From: Perkinsus chesapeaki ATCC PRA-425 | Taxonomy: Eukaryota > Protista > Perkinsozoa | Assembly: GCA_013115145.1 (NCBI GenBank) | Contig: JAAPAO010000350.1 | Span: 1-37,145, forward strand | Reading direction: 5' to 3' | DNA length: 37,145 nucleotides | Part shown: piece by piece, positions 35,608 through 37,145 of the stretch | Layout of the letters: every line of letters begins with the position of its first letter | Numbering within the stretch: the first letter of the stretch is position 1 | Translations under genes and position numbers: made by a program | Notes under the pieces: generated by a model | The model's input: the letters and a program-made list of their open reading frames with translations, nothing else | The model's database searches: none | What the model was told of the DNA's origin: nothing

Positions 35608-35825
35608 CTATATCAGGAATCCGGCTACCTTGTTATCTCCCCAATATTGCACGCTGCATTACTGAAGCTAGCAGTTGGCGACCAGTCTTCACGCGCGCTT
35701 TGTAATCATTCTCTGTGTAGCTCATGTTCAATCGGTGGAATTTTTGCCCTGCTACGGCGCGATTTATTGTTTATGCGCGGTGTGTGCATGCGCCCTGCAT
35801 ACTCTTGATATCTGATTTGTTTTAT
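35608..35825 (-). pseudogene. Possible degenerate GNAT paralog
   Basis: DYKARVKTGRQLLASVMQRAILGDNKVAGFLI aligns loosely with DYRRNKIGTKLVEYSIECGKKTSDILALAL; frameshifted QIRYQEY upstream. Confidence 0.3.
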
Positions 35826-35948
35826 CTGATTCGGCCCATCGTGTCCATGGGCCGTTGAACTTGGACCTATTTTATATAAGAAATAACGTGAGAATGGATC
35901 GCTATAGGGTTCCACCATCAAATGTCAGCCTCGTTTAGATATGCTCCA

Positions 35949-35970
35949 TTTCGAGACTCGAAATTCGAGT
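35949..35970. repeat. Perfect inverted-triplication scar of 8-mer TTTCGAGT
   Basis: tttcgag-actcgaaa-ttcgagt. Confidence 0.92.
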
Positions 35971-35985
35971 TTCTTCTTGTACCGT

Positions 35986-36007
35986 CTTATGGGCCACAAG
36001 TTGTGGC
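35986..36007. repeat. Inverted-triplication scar of 8-mer CTTGTGGC
   Basis: cttatgg-gccacaag-ttgtggc; 1 substitution; a further direct copy cttgtggc at 36010-36017. Confidence 0.8.
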
Positions 36008-36580
36008 ATCTTGTGGCTCTATAACAGGTCTCCTCAGTGACAACTCGATCACTTCGAGATGTTTAAGTTATTAGGGAATGTGAGTGATAACGACTAATGT
36101 GAACAAAGATAGACCGCAGTGCAAACATGGCGCGGCGCATCGCGCATGCGTGTAAAGTAGATGCATTCGTTACCATAGGTTAGGTCATTCTATGTGAACT
36201 AGTGTGGGCTTAGTTGCACTAAAAAGTAGATGCGAGATCACCGAAAACCTCAAGAAGCTACCGGAATCACTCAAGCCCATCTCGTCATCTCGAGGTATTC
36301 AACAAACAAATGGGGAAGGGGTAGACGTCACTGGTGTCATACCAGGCACTGGCGCCACAGACTTTCTTGGAACAGAACCCTGATGATGCTTCGACTTTTG
36401 CTACTACTAACGGTCTCTGTTAACAGCATCTTACTTGAATGGGAACATTGGGATTGTACGAGTCAGGGTCACTACAAACAAAACAAAACGAAGTGAGTTA
36501 GACGAGGAAATCACTAATATCTCTGTACTGCAAATTATCAGTAGAAACAACAGAGAGAATGACCTGCCAGGTGTCTCTTC

Positions 36581-37003
36581 TTATATGCTTGGGCAGGCAT
36601 AGGGTTCACCAGTACAGTTAGAATCAGTAGGAGCAAAACATAGGGAACCATCAGACTTGTTAATAATACCAAAACAGACTGGAGGATTCTGCCACGATTT
36701 GCAGTATGATCCCCATTTAGAGTTTTTACAACTGTCCAAGTTATCGCAGGTATCTTCACAAGTAGGTGATACTATTGGACATGACACCGGCTCCAAGATA
36801 GAGTCATCACAGGAAGAGTCTTCCGGTTGAAAGCAATAACCATCATCTTTATGGTATAACCCAAAACAGACACCATTTCCTTTACAATAAGAACAATACT
36901 TTGAGTTCTTACAAGAAGGTGTTTCATCGCATAAATCTTGACAATGGTCAGCCGAGGCAAGTGAGATTGACGATAATAGGAATGCTGTGAGCAAGAAATT
37001 CAT
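36581..37003 (-). CDS. Secreted cysteine-rich protein, copy 2 (17 Cys)
   Basis: 4 aa differences from copy 1, including SKYG to SKYC. Confidence 0.92.
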   Translation of the reverse strand: MNFLLTAFLLSSISLASADHCQDLCDETPSCKNSKYCSYCKGNGVCFGLYHKDDGYCFQPEDSSCDDSILEPVSCPIVSPTCEDTCDNLDSCKNSKWGSYCKSWQNPPVCFGIINKSDGSLCFAPTDSNCTGEPYACPSI

Positions 37004-37145
37004 TTGGGGATTGAAATAATTTAAACCTGAAAAACTTGTTATAAGATAATATCGATATATCTCAAGTACACTTGATGAGATTTGATGAGAAAGCTAGTTG
37101 TTCTCTAGGAGACTGCTGCACGCGACACGGAGCGCCGTGACGCTC

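Larger units (their letters stand above)
32583..37071 (+). repeat. Direct duplication of about 600 bp (32583-33182 and 36475-37071) carrying the Cys-rich gene
   Basis: Near-identical CDS and upstream region ending at ctcaagtacac; 3' flank more diverged. Confidence 0.9.

Noticed and set aside
3791-36007. CRISPR array or dispersed repeat family interpretation of the palindromes
   Set aside because: Each has a different sequence; only the symmetry is shared, with no constant repeat or regular spacing.

Overview
Gene-dense eukaryotic DNA with many short GT-AG introns (about 40-130 nt). The gene style and families suggest a Perkinsus-like alveolate; this is inference, not a database result. Recognisable genes are thioredoxin (2 introns), PSTK (Sec-tRNA kinase), an F-box protein and an intact six-exon GNAT acetyltransferase with a signal peptide that the ORF track does not resolve. 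There are also several multi-exon coiled-coil hypothetical genes, almost all on the minus strand. Accessory content: three paralogs of an unknown secreted ~270-aa protein, sitting in a tandem duplication (10025-14093 / 14096-20531) and a head-to-head inverted duplication (14711-18088); two copies of a secreted 16-Cys two-repeat protein; and a 743-bp CAC...GTG long-TIR non-autonomous DNA transposon inserted in an exon. The most striking signal is 14 copies (6 perfect) of a stereotyped 22-nt scar in intergenic or degenerate DNA, built from a different 8-mer each time as ABCDEFG + reverse complement of ABCDEFGH + BCDEFGH. This is the product predicted when hAT-type (8-bp TSD) excision hairpins are opened and re-annealed by microhomology. 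For two scars, the paralogous palindrome arm still has the single un-scarred 8-mer.
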